A stretch of DNA of 64,000 bases from an uncultured Metamycoplasma sp. (GTDB lineage: Bacteria > Bacillota_I > Bacilli_A > Mycoplasmatales > Metamycoplasmataceae). This document shows, in pieces, positions 47,217 to 58,579 of the stretch (within the stretch, counting starts at the first letter, position 1; each line of letters opens with the position of its first letter). The DNA is taken from contig CAYSZT010000003.1 of the NCBI GenBank assembly GCA_964435585.1, forward strand, positions 14,870-78,869, read 5' to 3'. The notes beneath the pieces are model-generated. The model searched no databases. It saw nothing but the letters and a program-made list of their open reading frames with translations, and was not told where the DNA came from. The position numbers were made by a program, and so were the translations under genes.

Positions 47217-49199
47217 TTATTTTCCTTTTACAACAATAGATACATTCGGATACGCCTGTGATTGACCATTTTTATAATAAGGTATTAATTCATTTCTTTC
47301 ATTAGAACTTGTTATCTGAACAGCGACTGATGAAGTGCTAAATTGTTTTTGTGACTCATTATATTGAACACCTATTACGTTGTCAAAATCAAACGACAGT
47401 TTACATTCATTCAATAGTTGTTCAACCTTGGCAGCTACTGAAGAATCCACACCATTTACAACAATGTCGTTAATTTGTTTTTTTAATAAATCAGGAACAA
47501 GACTTTGATTGTTCTTGCATTGATCTAGGATGTAATTAAAATTAAAATCTTCATAATCATCAATTTCAATTTGTATTATTGGATTTGCTAGTAAGAAATC
47601 GTATATGTAGGAACCATAGAAAATATCATTTGTCAAGAAATAACCTATTTCAATATTTGCGCTTCTAGAAGATGAAGTGTATTTTCCGTTACTATCTTTT
47701 GTTGGAGGTAAAAAAGGAATAAACTGATAAGAATCATTTATAGAAGTCTCAACTTCAATGATGAATGGAATATATAGAATTCCAAGAACATCATTTGATT
47801 CAATACCTTCAGACAATGAAGATGGATCTATTTTTGTTCTAAAGTTTGTTCCATTGAAGGTAAAAGTTAAATAGTCTCCATTAATAGAAATGCCATTAAA
47901 TATTTGTCCAATATTTGTATTATCCATAACTCAGGAGTTATTAATATCACCTTCACTTATTGAAGAAGCTTTATTTGTATAAATAAAATTATCCTTAAGC
48001 TTCAATGTTCTAAATGTCTCATAAACATTAAAACAATTATTCATTAGATTGTAATTTGTACTATCATCACCATTTTTTGTTGTCAAAGTCAACATGTCAT
48101 TAAAAGTAACTGACTTTGATATATTCTGAGGTCTTATCTGATACAAACTAAATTTATCTTCGATTATTCAATTAATTGTTAGTGTACCACTATCATCATT
48201 GGCCGAGGTTGTTACATTAATGTTATATCAAGAGTTTGTATTAGTAATTATTGTTAATGTTTCTTTTATTTTTACAACATCAACTAGAGGAGAAATGTAT
48301 TGATAGAAATTTGTAATTGAAGTCAGTGAGTTTATTCCTGAAGAAAGAAAAGGCACAACTCTATCTTTAACTAAATTTGACAATGAATATGTTCCTGAAA
48401 GATTTGAATACATGTCAGTTATTTCTTTATTTCTCTCAGTTAATTTTGCAAAGCCGGTAATTGTTCTATTATTGTTTGAACCAACATAGTATGGAAGGTT
48501 TGTTTCTTTGTTTTTAATGGTCAATGACATTTCGATAGAACCGTTAAAATCATTGAAGTTTGTTTGTTTGTCAAATAAATAATTGTCATCATCTTCATTG
48601 TCAACAGTTTCTATTGAAATATTATTGGCACTCAAATATGATGGCAAGACACTTGAATAATTACTTACATCAAGAGTTTGACTCGTATTTGTGTTTGTAA
48701 TTGTTATGGCGCTATTTAATCATTTGTTGTAGAAATTAACAATTGCACTTTTATCTGAAGAAGGTAGAGATTGAATACCATCAAGAATTATTGTTTTGCG
48801 TATATTTGATGAGGGATTCACATATTTATTGTTTGCATTTTTCTCTTTGGCAAACATTTCAATTTCAATATGCGATGCATCAGATTTAGAAACAACAAAT
48901 TCATAATCAAAAGCATTTGATAATTCTGGTATTAAAATATAATCATCAATTTGATCTAAACTCATTGGCTTAGTTTTACCTGATCCATCAAAATCAAAAT
49001 TTTCAAAATATATATTGTTTCTTAAATTACCTATAAGCGTAGAATTGTTGAATATTTGAAATTGTTCATTTGCTAATTTTTGTGTTTCATTTGTTTTAGA
49101 TGATGAACAAGATATTGCGATTAAAGGTAATGATAAAGAGGCAACAAGTGTTGAATTAATAAATATTGTCCTCTTTAGATTTCCTTTTTTAAATTTCAT
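47217..49199 (-). CDS. large surface lipoprotein (660 aa)
   Basis: Four track ORFs (47217.., 47931.., 48228.., 48720..) share one frame, and I translated the gaps and found them open. The N-terminus [31 protein letters not shown]|S is a signal peptide plus lipobox. Confidence 0.8.
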
Positions 49200-49746
49200 A
49201 TTTTTCAGGGTGTTTCTTCTTCATTTTTTCAATGAATTCAGATTTAGGTAAATGACCATAATCTTTCATTAATTTGAAACATTCTTCATATTCTTTTCAA
49301 GCTCAATCAACGTTTTCAAATCCAGGAACTTTTGTGATTCCTTCTCTTTTTCAATTTTTGTATGTTGAAAAGAATGTTTTAACTCCTTCTAATCATTCTT
49401 TTGGAAGGTCCTCTAATTTATTGATTGAATCTAAACGGTAATCATTGTGGTGAACAGCGATTAATTTTGTATCTGTTTCCCCGTCGTCAATCATTCTCAT
49501 AGCACCAACGATTCTTGCTTCAACTTCAATTCCTGGAATGAATGAATCCTCAGAATAAACAAGAACATCTAATTCATCTCCATCTCAATCCAAAGCATTT
49601 TCAATAAATCCATAGTTAGCAGGATATACAAATCCATCCCTTAAAATGCGATCAACTTTCATTTTTCTTGTTTCACGATCGAATTCATATTTAATATTTG
49701 AGTTTTTTGGTATTTCTATTGTGACATTAATAACTTTTGTTTCCAT
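49189..49746 (-). CDS. ppa: inorganic pyrophosphatase (family I)
   Basis: [23 protein letters not shown]..., [21 protein letters not shown]. Its stop at 49189..49191 overlaps the lipoprotein start by 11 nt. Confidence 0.9.
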
Positions 49747-49794
49747 AATGAATAAATTTTATAACAATTCTTTATTTATTTTATAAATAAAGCT

Positions 49795-49832
49795 TTAGAA
49801 AAAACAAAAACTAGAGGCATTTTCTCTAGTTT
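49795..49832 (-). terminator. rho-independent terminator after lgt
   Basis: On the minus strand: aaactagag-aaaatgc-ctctagttt (9-bp stem) followed by tttttgtttttt. The stem overlaps the lgt stop codon. Confidence 0.6.
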
Positions 49833-50715
49833 AAGCATTAATTCATTTAGAAGCATTGTTAATTGGAGTAATGATTGTTTTTTGATTGTGGTAGAAGTAT
49901 GAATAATTTGATATCTTGATTTTTTGGTAGACTTTTTTTCCTGTTTTTTCAAAATAGAAAGTTAATACAATACCAGCAACAATAAATAGAATAGCAAGAA
50001 TTAGATATCAATATTCAAAGTCATTTGAATTTCTAAATGGCTCTAAAATAACCCTTGTTACTCCATATCATAATAGATACAATCCACCAGTTGTTCCAGG
50101 TCTTACTTTACCAAATTGTAATAGTCATCATACTAGAACAAAGTAACCAATCAATGAAAGTCAAGATTCGATTAAGAATAATGGAACTCTGAATTCTCCA
50201 TCAATGTACATGTTTCAAGAAATTCCTTTTCCTAATCATGCAATTGAATCATAATTACATACATTACCATAAAGTTCGTGGTTTGCAAAGTTACCTCAAC
50301 GACCAATTGCTTGACCTAATAAAACGTTAGGCAAGATGATTCCGAAAGCTTTTCTAATGTCTACGATATTTCTTTTTCTTCTCAAGTATAAAAGATCAAC
50401 AACGATTGGTACAAACACACCACCTTGAATCGAAAGTCCTCCATCTCATATTGCTCACCATCTAGCTAAGCTTTCATGATTTATTGCTGTTTCAATAATT
50501 CAAAATAGTCTAGCTCCTATAATAGCTGAAGGAATTGTGAAAATAATAAGAATTAGTAATGTATCAATCGGAAATTTATTTTTTCTTCAGAAATAAAGAA
50601 TAGAAAAAATAGATGCGATAATACCAATTAACATTGTGAAGGGATAAATTCTAAAATTACCAACAAGGTTGATTGCTTCACCTGGTTTTCAATCATAAAG
50701 ATTGTTATTTGTCAT
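49831..50715 (-). CDS. lgt: prolipoprotein diacylglyceryl transferase
   Basis: ATG at 50715 with many in-frame TGA(Trp) codons, which is why the track shows nothing here. ...LGQAIGRWGNFANHELYG... is the Lgt signature. TAA stop at 49831..49833. Confidence 0.88.
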
Positions 50716-51652
50716 TTAGAATCCTTTCTTGTATTTCTTTAAAACTACTTATTCCTCTTTTTCTAGAAATAAATAAATAAGTAGCGACTTCAATTAATGA
50801 AGCTGTATTTCTACCAAGTTTAACAGGTATTAATATCTTTCTAATTTTACCACCTAAAACCTCATAGTAGTGGTCTTCATTTCCTAAACGGTCAAAGTTA
50901 AATTGTTCGTCTTTTTTAAGTTCAATAACTAAATCTATACTTGATTTTTCCTTAATCGCTTTTTCTCCGTAGATTGAACCTATATTAATAAGACCTAGTC
51001 CTCTAGCTTCTAATATATTTTTTGTTATTTGAGGAGAACTTCCAAAGTAGTTGTTTCCTACCCTTTTAATGATTACCGAATCATCTGAAACAAACATGTG
51101 TCCTCTTTGTAATAACTCAATAACTGCCTCAGATTTACCAACACCACTTTGACCAACAATTAAAACTCCAATTCCATTGATTTCAACTAGAGAACCATGA
51201 ACAAAATCTTCTGGCGCAAATTTTTCAGCTATATAGATCCCCACAGTCGTTGTTGTGAATGAAAGCTTTGTTGATGCAAAAACAACTGGAGTTTCATATT
51301 TATTTGCTCATTTTAAAATTAGCTTTTTGTTTTTGTCTTTAACACCATTTGAACAAATAACTAGTGGCGGAAGTTGCTCGAAGATTTTTTTAAGATTTTC
51401 CTCTAGCTCTTTAGCCTTGATTGAATCCATAATATTTGATTCCCTTGTACCAAAACCGATGATATTTTTGTCTAGAGAATCAGTGTTTTCAAAAAGCCCG
51501 CTTATTTCTAAACCAACCCTGTTAATTGAAGGTCTTTTTATTTCTCTTCATTTCTTAATGTTCTCTTTATTGATAATTTCAAGTGAATTGTCATTACATA
51601 GATCAATAACATTAATAAATTCAGAAGTATTTATTTCATTTTTTGAATTCAT
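50705..51652 (-). CDS. hprK: HPr kinase/phosphorylase
   Basis: Track ORF 50705..51244 (GQSGVGKSE Walker A, ...ARGLG...) extends upstream across TGA to the ATG at 51652. It overlaps lgt by 11 nt (the classic hprK-lgt pair). Confidence 0.92.
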
Positions 51653-51744
51653 AATTATTAATATTTATTTTATCATATTATCTTATATTCACTTCTTTCA
51701 AATACTAGTTATAGGCATTATAATTATGTATTAAGGGAGCAAAA

Positions 51745-52635
51745 ATGATTCAAGATTTAACATGAGATAATTTCATTGAGTTAAATGATTTTATTAAAAA
51801 TAATGACTTTGCTGAGGAATTTTTTAGTACTATCCAGTTAGTTCAGAGAAATCATTATGGATTTAAATTGAAATTCAATAAATTAGAGGACGTAATTTTG
51901 ATGTATGCAAAATATCAAGATGAGCCTTGATGTCTGTTTAGTAGTTGATATAAAAAAGATTTTGCTTTAGAAAGAGCAAAACAGCAAGTTAAGAGTGATT
52001 TAAGTGAGCTAAATCAAAATAATGAAATTAATATAATTGATTTTTCCATTGAGGCAATCAATGATTGAAAATTAAATGATTATCAAATAAATGAGGAAAA
52101 ATACATTTCAAACTATATTTATGAATTAAAAGCATTTAAAACTTTCGAAGGTAAAAAAATGCAAAAGAAAAGAAATCATTTGAATGCATTTTTAAGGGAA
52201 AATTATAACCTCCTAGTGAAAAATATTTTTGATGCTGATTTTCATGAATTAATTTCCTTTACAAAGCAAGTCAATAAAAAATACAACGATGATGTTAGAC
52301 AGGATGAAATAGATGTCTATGAAGAAATTCTTTTTAATCAAGTAAATAAGGATAAAAGATTTAGTGGTATTGTTGTTTATATTGACAATAAAATTGTTGG
52401 ATATACATTAGGATTTTTAAATAACAATATTTATGAAATTATTATTGAAAAAGCAGAAAGAGATATAAGAGGTTTATACCAATTTATTATTAAAACAAAT
52501 TTAAACCAAAACAATATTGATTGTGAATTCGTTGAGCGTGAAGATGATTTAGGTGATCCAATGATTGCGAAAAGCAAGCAATCATATCATCCTATTAAAA
52601 TGATTAAAAGGTACTACATCGATGATGTCAAATGA
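51745..52635 (+). CDS. DUF2156-like protein (MprF C-terminal / aminoacyl-phosphatidylglycerol synthase-like acyltransferase fold)
   Basis: aagggag RBS and ATG at 51745. Track ORF 52159..52635 shares the frame and the gap is open. FEGKKMQKKRNHLNAF resembles the G.K....RN..N.F motif of DUF2156 as I recall it. Confidence 0.6.
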
Positions 52636-53098
52636 TAAAGAAATAAAAATTGTGTTTTTGTGCTTGGGTAATATTTGTCGTTCACCTATGGCTGAATTTA
52701 TAGCTAAGGATTTGATTTTAAATAAGAGCATTAGAAATATTAAAATTAGCAGTTGTGGAACTGCTAATTATCATCAAGGTGAATATATGCACAAAGGAAC
52801 TGATAAAGTCCTATCAAAGTATAAAATTGAACACAGCAATTTTTCTTCAAACCAAATAAATAAAAAGATTTTCGATGAGGCAGATTTTATTCTTGTAATG
52901 GATGAATCAAATTACCAGGATGTGATTAATAAATTTGGTTCAAATAAAAAAGTGAGAAAGATTACTGATTATTGTTCGTTAAATTATTCAAATGTTCCAG
53001 ACCCCTGATATACAAATGATTTTGAAGAAACATTTAGGATTCTTAATAATTCAATTAAGAATTTTTTCGAATCAGAGTTGAATATCGAAATTAATTAA
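52622..53098 (+). CDS. low-molecular-weight protein tyrosine/arginine phosphatase
   Basis: IVFLCLGNICRSPMAE (C-X5-R-S P-loop). It extends across TGA to the TAA at 53096..53098 and overlaps the preceding CDS by 14 nt. Confidence 0.85.
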
Positions 53099-53849
53099 TT
53101 GTATTCTTTATTGAAGTAACCATTATTGCTCCATCTTGAATTAACAAGTTATTACCATCATCATCATTTTGAAGGCCTGGAAAACAAAATACATCCTTGC
53201 CTTGGTTAAGTGCATTGGTGACAAGTGATTGAATCAATCTATTATCTTTTTTAGATGAAGCAATTACTAATGATTCAGATAATCCAACACTTATTCTATT
53301 TCTTTGAGTTAATCTCTTTTTATTTACAACTGAACCGTTTGGATATTCACTAAGAATTAAATATTGATTTTCATTTATTTCATTGATTTTTTCATTATCA
53401 GCAAACATTGCTTCCTCTAAACCATTAGGAGAAACGAAAATAAGTTTGACTTCTGATTTTTCTAAAGCAGAATTAATTATCAGTTCATCTACACCTTTTG
53501 AATAATTAGTAATTATTGCCCTATCCTTCGATATTTGTTCTATTGAATCATCAACAAATTTTTCAATATCTTCATTAATGAATTCACCTGTCAATAAAAT
53601 TTTCTTATTATCAAGCAATTTTTTATTGCCTTTATAGAACAAAACAATTGGAGGGTTATTAATATTTTTTAATTCTTTTGGATAATCTTCATCAATAATT
53701 GTGATTACTTTTAATTCACCATTTTCAATTTGATTTCTTATTTTTTCTAACTCTGCAATCGGGATGAATTCCTTATTCTTTATCGCATCAAAAACATCGT
53801 GAAAATAACCTTTGTATTTAATAGCAAAATAAATTAGTACAAAGTTCAT
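53091..53849 (-). CDS. dprA: DNA processing protein DprA/Smf
   Basis: YPKELKNINNPPIVLFYKG, ...SEYPNG...KRLTQRNRISVGLS... are typical of the DprA Rossmann-like domain. Confidence 0.85.
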   Translation of the reverse strand: MNFVLIYFAIKYKGYFHDVFDAIKNKEFIPIAELEKIRNQIENGELKVITIIDEDYPKELKNINNPPIVLFYKGNKKLLDNKKILLTGEFINEDIEKFVDDSIEQISKDRAIITNYSKGVDELIINSALEKSEVKLIFVSPNGLEEAMFADNEKINEINENQYLILSEYPNGSVVNKKRLTQRNRISVGLSESLVIASSKKDNRLIQSLVTNALNQGKDVFCFPGLQNDDDGNNLLIQDGAIMVTSIKNTIN

Positions 53850-54022
53850 TAATAACGAATTGAACTATCCTTATTTATTATTTTCACAAGTATTTCTGAA
53901 CTATTGTCATTATCATTTATTTCATAAATATAAAAATCTTTTGAGTGTTCGATATCTCAGATAAGTTGATCTGTTTCAATTTCTTCTAAATTAGATATGT
54001 TGAGTTTTTTAAAGTTGTTCAT
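53849..54022 (-). CDS. hypothetical small protein (57 aa), translationally coupled to dprA
   Basis: aaaagga RBS and ATG at 54022, with one TGA. Its stop overlaps the dprA ATG (TAATG). An extended -10 (tgtgatataat on the minus strand, 54080..54088) lies upstream. Confidence 0.4.
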
Positions 54023-54136
54023 TTTAAATCCTTTTCTTATATTTTGTATTTAAAACGAACTTATAAATGTGTCTTTTTTATTATATCACAAAATTGCATA
54101 AAAAAGTGGCCACTAAAGCTACTTAGTTATTGACTT

Positions 54137-54814
54137 TTAATCTTCTTCTATATAGTAATTTGAAGAACTATCTGAAGGACTGTAACTTGAGCTATTTTCC
54201 TTACCATAAGCTTTGTTGAATTGACTTTTTAGAACTAATGCTAATACAAAGATTGCTATTATTGATAATAACTCAATCACTGCCAGGAATTCAACGCTAC
54301 CAATAATAAAATTAAGAATCAACATTAAAACATCTATACCAAAAACACAAATACCAACAATTGATGTTGTGAGCATCAGCCCTTTTAACCTACCGAAATG
54401 TTTTGCTCCTCTTATTATTTTTATAGAGAAGACAAAAATACCAATAATTGCTGTTAGTAATAGAATTGCTACGGCAACTAGATAAATTCAGTAGAAGGCA
54501 TTAAGCTCATAATATCCGTAACTATCACGTTTATAGAATACATCAGTAAATAACAAGATTAGAAACAATATATAAAGTACAAAATATGCAGGAACCAATC
54601 AAGAAAAACCAACTAACCCTTTAATATTTTTTCTCATTGTTTTTGTTTCATTAGAGTCAGAGTTTGTATTTGTTTCTGAATAGTTACTAAATGAAGACGT
54701 TTTACCACTTTTAATTTCATCTAGCTCTTTTTCCATTCTAGCTTTTTCAAGTTCTAGTCTTAATCTTTCGTGTTCTTGTTTAAGTTGTTCATTTGTTTGT
54801 TTTTGTTCACTCAT
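54137..54814 (-). CDS. polytopic membrane protein (225 aa), family member P3, with an N-terminal coiled-coil segment
   Basis: Track ORFs 54137..54376 and 54599..54814 share a frame, and I translated the gap and found it open. The segment TSIVGICVFGIDVLMLILNFI resembles P2 MGIIGICIYALDIALSIFLI. It ends ...SSNYYIEED. Confidence 0.7.
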
Positions 54815-54828
54815 AAAATGACCTCAAT

Positions 54829-54871
54829 CAAGATTCATTTTACAAAAAAAAAAAAAAACGCCGGATTTTGT
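54829..54871 (-). promoter_or_regulatory. conserved promoter/leader module B: acaaaatcCggcg-T15-g-TAAAAT-gaatcttg (read on the minus strand)
   Basis: The reverse complement matches module A (34256..34302) apart from tract length and one flank base. The -10-like TAAAAT lies at 54837..54842 on the minus strand. Confidence 0.55.
54844..54858 (-). repeat. homopolymeric A15 tract (T15 on the coding strand of the downstream gene)
   Basis: I counted 15 consecutive A between ...ttttac and cgccgg. Confidence 0.9.
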
Positions 54872-54889
54872 TGATTTTTTCCACAAAAA

Positions 54890-55336
54890 CTAGCGTTTTT
54901 TCTTATAAATTCTTGCTATTTTTCATTTCATTATAAAGACTGTCATGAATTGGATTGCAGGTAAAAATGAAATGATAGCTCAAAATAAAATCCAACCCTT
55001 CATTTCTTTAAGAGGACAAGAGATCACTTTTACCAATAGAATAATTGTTAATATTCAAGAGATAAAAACCAAGATACCAATTATAGACGTAAATATACCA
55101 ATAAGGACAACCCTTATTCTGTGAATTTCATCATTTTTAGTTAATTCGCTAATAATAATGATTATAAGAGAGGCAATAATAATTGTTAACTTTACTAGAA
55201 ACATATTTGATAAACGAACAATGTTTCTATAAATTGGGACTAAAAGAGAAATGGATTGATTTGAAAAGTGACTACTTTTTAAGTTGTCCTTGAATTTATT
55301 GATTTTTCTTTCTCTTCTACTTGCTAATAAACCCAT
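54890..55336 (-). CDS. hypothetical membrane protein (148 aa) downstream of hpt
   Basis: Track ORF 55055..55336 extends across TGA codons to the TAG at 54890..54892 (checked codon by codon). It starts 2 nt after the hpt stop. Confidence 0.55.
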
Positions 55337-55338
55337 AT

Positions 55339-55890
55339 TTATAATTCGTCGATGTATTTCTTGTTAAAAATACCGATGTAAGGAACGTTTCTCATTTTTT
55401 CTTTTACATCTAGACCAAAACCTGCCAAGAATTCATCCGGTACTTCGAAACCAAAAATATCTGGTTTAATATCAACCTTTCTTCTTGATGGCTTATCCAA
55501 TAGTGTCATTATTTTTAATGATTTAGGTTTTCTATTTAATAAATTATTCTTAACTTTATTTAATGTGATACCACTATCGATGATATCTTCAACAATAATG
55601 ACATCTTTGTTTTCGATATCCGAAGCCAAGTCCATAACAATTTTAACATTACCAGAAGAAGATGTTTTTCCTGAATAAGAACTAGCAACAATAAAATCAA
55701 TTGAGTGGTCAACTTCAATGTGTTTCATTAATTCAGCCATAAATGGAATTGATCCTTTTAAAAGACCAACCAATGTTAAATCAGTTGAGTCTTTATAATT
55801 TTCATTAATTCATTGAGCTAATTTTTTAATTCTTCTTTCTATTTGATTTTTTGTATAAAGAATTTTTGTAAATCTTGGGTCTTTTGGCAT
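55339..55890 (-). CDS. hpt: hypoxanthine-guanine phosphoribosyltransferase
   Basis: Track ORF 55339..55773 extends across TGA to the ATG at 55890. VIIVEDIIDSGITL is the PRPP-binding motif. Confidence 0.92.
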
Positions 55891-55924
55891 ATATATTTAA
55901 ATTTTATTATAAAATGTAGTCATT

Positions 55925-56143
55925 ATGAATTACAAAGACGAAATAATCAAAATTGTTAAATCTAAAACAAATAAAAACTTTGATGAGAATACACAAATTA
56001 GAGACCTTGGTCTAGATTCTTTAGATATGGTCGAAATGATTACAGATTTTGAGGATAAATTTAACTTGACAATACCGACTGAAAAAGTTAATGGAATCAA
56101 GACAATAAAGGATTTCATTGAAGTTGTTGAATCATTGAACTAA
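55925..56143 (+). CDS. acpP: acyl carrier protein
   Basis: 72 aa with LGLDSLDMVEMI (phosphopantetheine-attachment Ser). Confidence 0.85.
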   Translation: MNYKDEIIKIVKSKTNKNFDENTQIRDLGLDSLDMVEMITDFEDKFNLTIPTEKVNGIKTIKDFIEVVESLN

Positions 56144-56187
56144 CTTGAATCATTAATAATTATTAATGTGTTATAATAAAAAACGTT

Positions 56188-56424
56188 ATGGTTATCACAA
56201 TAGTAACAATAGTTTTATTTATATTGTCAATTTTAATGATTTTCATTGGATTTTTAATGGCACCAGATTCAAATCAATTCTCTGGAGCTATTGTTGGTTC
56301 TTCAGATCTTAAGTTATTCTCTCAACCAAAGGAAAAAGGGTGAAAGAAATTCTTAAAATGAGCAATGATCATTCTAGGTTTTTTGATGTTCATCACAACA
56401 GTTGTTATTAGAATTTTTGTTTAA
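56188..56424 (+). CDS. secG: preprotein translocase subunit SecG
   Basis: 78 aa with two TM helices and two in-frame TGA codons. An extended -10 (tgttataat) lies at 56169..56177. It sits directly upstream of rnr, as in Bacillus-type gene order. Confidence 0.7.
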
Positions 56425-56426
56425 TA

Positions 56427-58529
56427 ATGAAAAATCAAAAAAGATTTATTATGTTTTCCAAAGAACAAATAACTGAGTATTTAAATAAGAAAAAGAGTGC
56501 TTCATTTTTAGAAATAGCAAGATATTTAAAAGTTGGTTATAGTGACAATAGAAACCTATCTCTTTTATTAAATGAAATGAAAGATGATTGTGAGATAGCT
56601 TTCTCTAAGAAAAATGATTGCTATTACATTCCTGAATTAATTGGAAATTACAATGGAATTTACAAAGTAAATTCAATGAACAAAGGATTTAGCGTTTTGG
56701 ATATTAATGGCGCTGAAACAAGAGTATCGATTATTTCAAGGGATATTAGTCCATTAAAAGGCGACGAAATAAATATCAATGTTTATAAAAGCTTTGATAG
56801 TGAATTTTATTTTGGAATCATTACTTCAATTACTAAAAGAAATAATCAATATATTTTCGCTCAAGTAGATGACAAGCTAGATATCAAGCCACTTTTTTTT
56901 ACTCAAGAAATAAACCTAGAATTTAATAAGAGTAATTTGGAAAAAAACACATTTGTAAAATTCAGAATCATAGAGATTCACAAAAATAAAATTAAACTTC
57001 AATTTGATCAAACAATATCAAAAATTGATAAGCCTTATTCAGACATTGAATTGATGATTGAGCAAGCAAAAGTAAAGAGGGATTTTCCTGAATCAGTCAT
57101 TGATGAATCAAATAAACTGCCAAATGAAGTTGAGAACGAAAAAAAATTCAATCGTGTTGATTTAACCGATCAATTAATAATTACTATTGATGGAGAAAAA
57201 ACAAAAGATTTCGACGATGCAATTTCGGTAAAAAGAATAAGTGATGATGTTTATGAATTAGGTGTTCATATTGCTGATGTTGCTTATTATATAAAGGAAG
57301 ATTCAGAGTTAGATATTGAAGCGAGAGAAAGAGGAACTTCAATTTATTTAATTGATAAAGTAATTCCAATGCTTCCTGAAAAATTATCAAATGGAATTTG
57401 CTCATTGAATCCTAATGTAAAGAGATTTACCCTTTCTCTAGTTGCAGAGATTGACAAAAAAGGCAATGTTATTTCAAAAAAAATATTTCCATCAATGATT
57501 GAATCAAAATATCGTTTAACCTATAATCAAGTTGCTAATATGGAAAATGAAGAATTTATCAAAGATGATGATGAATTATTTAACATGCTAAAAATAGCTT
57601 ATGAATTAAGTGACATTCTAGCTAAGAAAAAAGCAGAAGAAGGTTACATCGATTTTGAAATTCAAGAGCCAATTATCGAATTAGATAAAAAAACTGGCAA
57701 GGCGATTGCAATTAAAACGAGAGAAAGACTTTCATCAGAAATTCTTATTGAAAATTTTATGGTTTTTGCCAATGAAACTGTTTCAGAAACAATATCTAAT
57801 TTAGGAATTCCATCAATTTATAGAATTCATGAAGCGCCCTCAATAGAAAAGTTTGAATCACTAAAATCATTTATAAGAAATCTTGGCATAAGCGATTTAA
57901 AGGCAGGTTATTCAAAAGATCCAAAAATGTTTCAGCAAATTGTTAATAGGATCAAAGCAACAAGATTCGATAATCTTGTAAAAATGGCTTTGTTACAAAC
58001 AATGCAAAAAGCTAAGTATTCTTCGAATAATATAGGTCATTTTGGTCTAGCTTCAAAATATTATTCTCACTTCACTTCACCAATTAGAAGATATCCGGAT
58101 TTATTATTACATAGAATCATTTGGGAGGTTATTATTAAAGGTAACAAAAATTATTCAGTTGGAATAAAAAATAAAATTGATGACATTTCTTCTAAATCAT
58201 CTCAAGCTGAAGTTAAAGCAACAGAATTAGAAAGAAATGTAAATGATATTAAGAAAGCTGAATATTATGAAAATCTCATTAATTCTGAGAAAGATGCAAT
58301 CATTGTTTCAATTCACCGTTTTGGAATTTTTGTTGAATTTGAAGATATGACTAATTCATTAATTCATATTTCAACTCTATCTGGTGATTTTAGAGAAATT
58401 AAATTTGATGAGAATCAATTGCAAATAGCTGTTAAAAATAAAATTTATAGAGTCGGTCAAAAGGTAAGGGTCAAGATTGTTTCAACTAACAAATTTGAAA
58501 GAAAAATCGATTCGATATTAGTTGATTAA
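56427..58529 (+). CDS. rnr: ribonuclease R
   Basis: 700-aa uninterrupted ORF with an RNB domain (TIDGEKTKDFDDAISV, HFGLA...YSHFTSPIRRYPDLLLHR) and a C-terminal S1 domain. Confidence 0.93.
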   Translation: MKNQKRFIMFSKEQITEYLNKKKSASFLEIARYLKVGYSDNRNLSLLLNEMKDDCEIAFSKKNDCYYIPELIGNYNGIYKVNSMNKGFSVLDINGAETRVSIISRDISPLKGDEININVYKSFDSEFYFGIITSITKRNNQYIFAQVDDKLDIKPLFFTQEINLEFNKSNLEKNTFVKFRIIEIHKNKIKLQFDQTISKIDKPYSDIELMIEQAKVKRDFPESVIDESNKLPNEVENEKKFNRVDLTDQLIITIDGEKTKDFDDAISVKRISDDVYELGVHIADVAYYIKEDSELDIEARERGTSIYLIDKVIPMLPEKLSNGICSLNPNVKRFTLSLVAEIDKKGNVISKKIFPSMIESKYRLTYNQVANMENEEFIKDDDELFNMLKIAYELSDILAKKKAEEGYIDFEIQEPIIELDKKTGKAIAIKTRERLSSEILIENFMVFANETVSETISNLGIPSIYRIHEAPSIEKFESLKSFIRNLGISDLKAGYSKDPKMFQQIVNRIKATRFDNLVKMALLQTMQKAKYSSNNIGHFGLASKYYSHFTSPIRRYPDLLLHRIIWEVIIKGNKNYSVGIKNKIDDISSKSSQAEVKATELERNVNDIKKAEYYENLINSEKDAIIVSIHRFGIFVEFEDMTNSLIHISTLSGDFREIKFDENQLQIAVKNKIYRVGQKVRVKIVSTNKFERKIDSILVD

Positions 58530-58579
58530 AAATTAAATTATTTTTATAAATAATATTAAAATACTAGAGGAATTAAATT

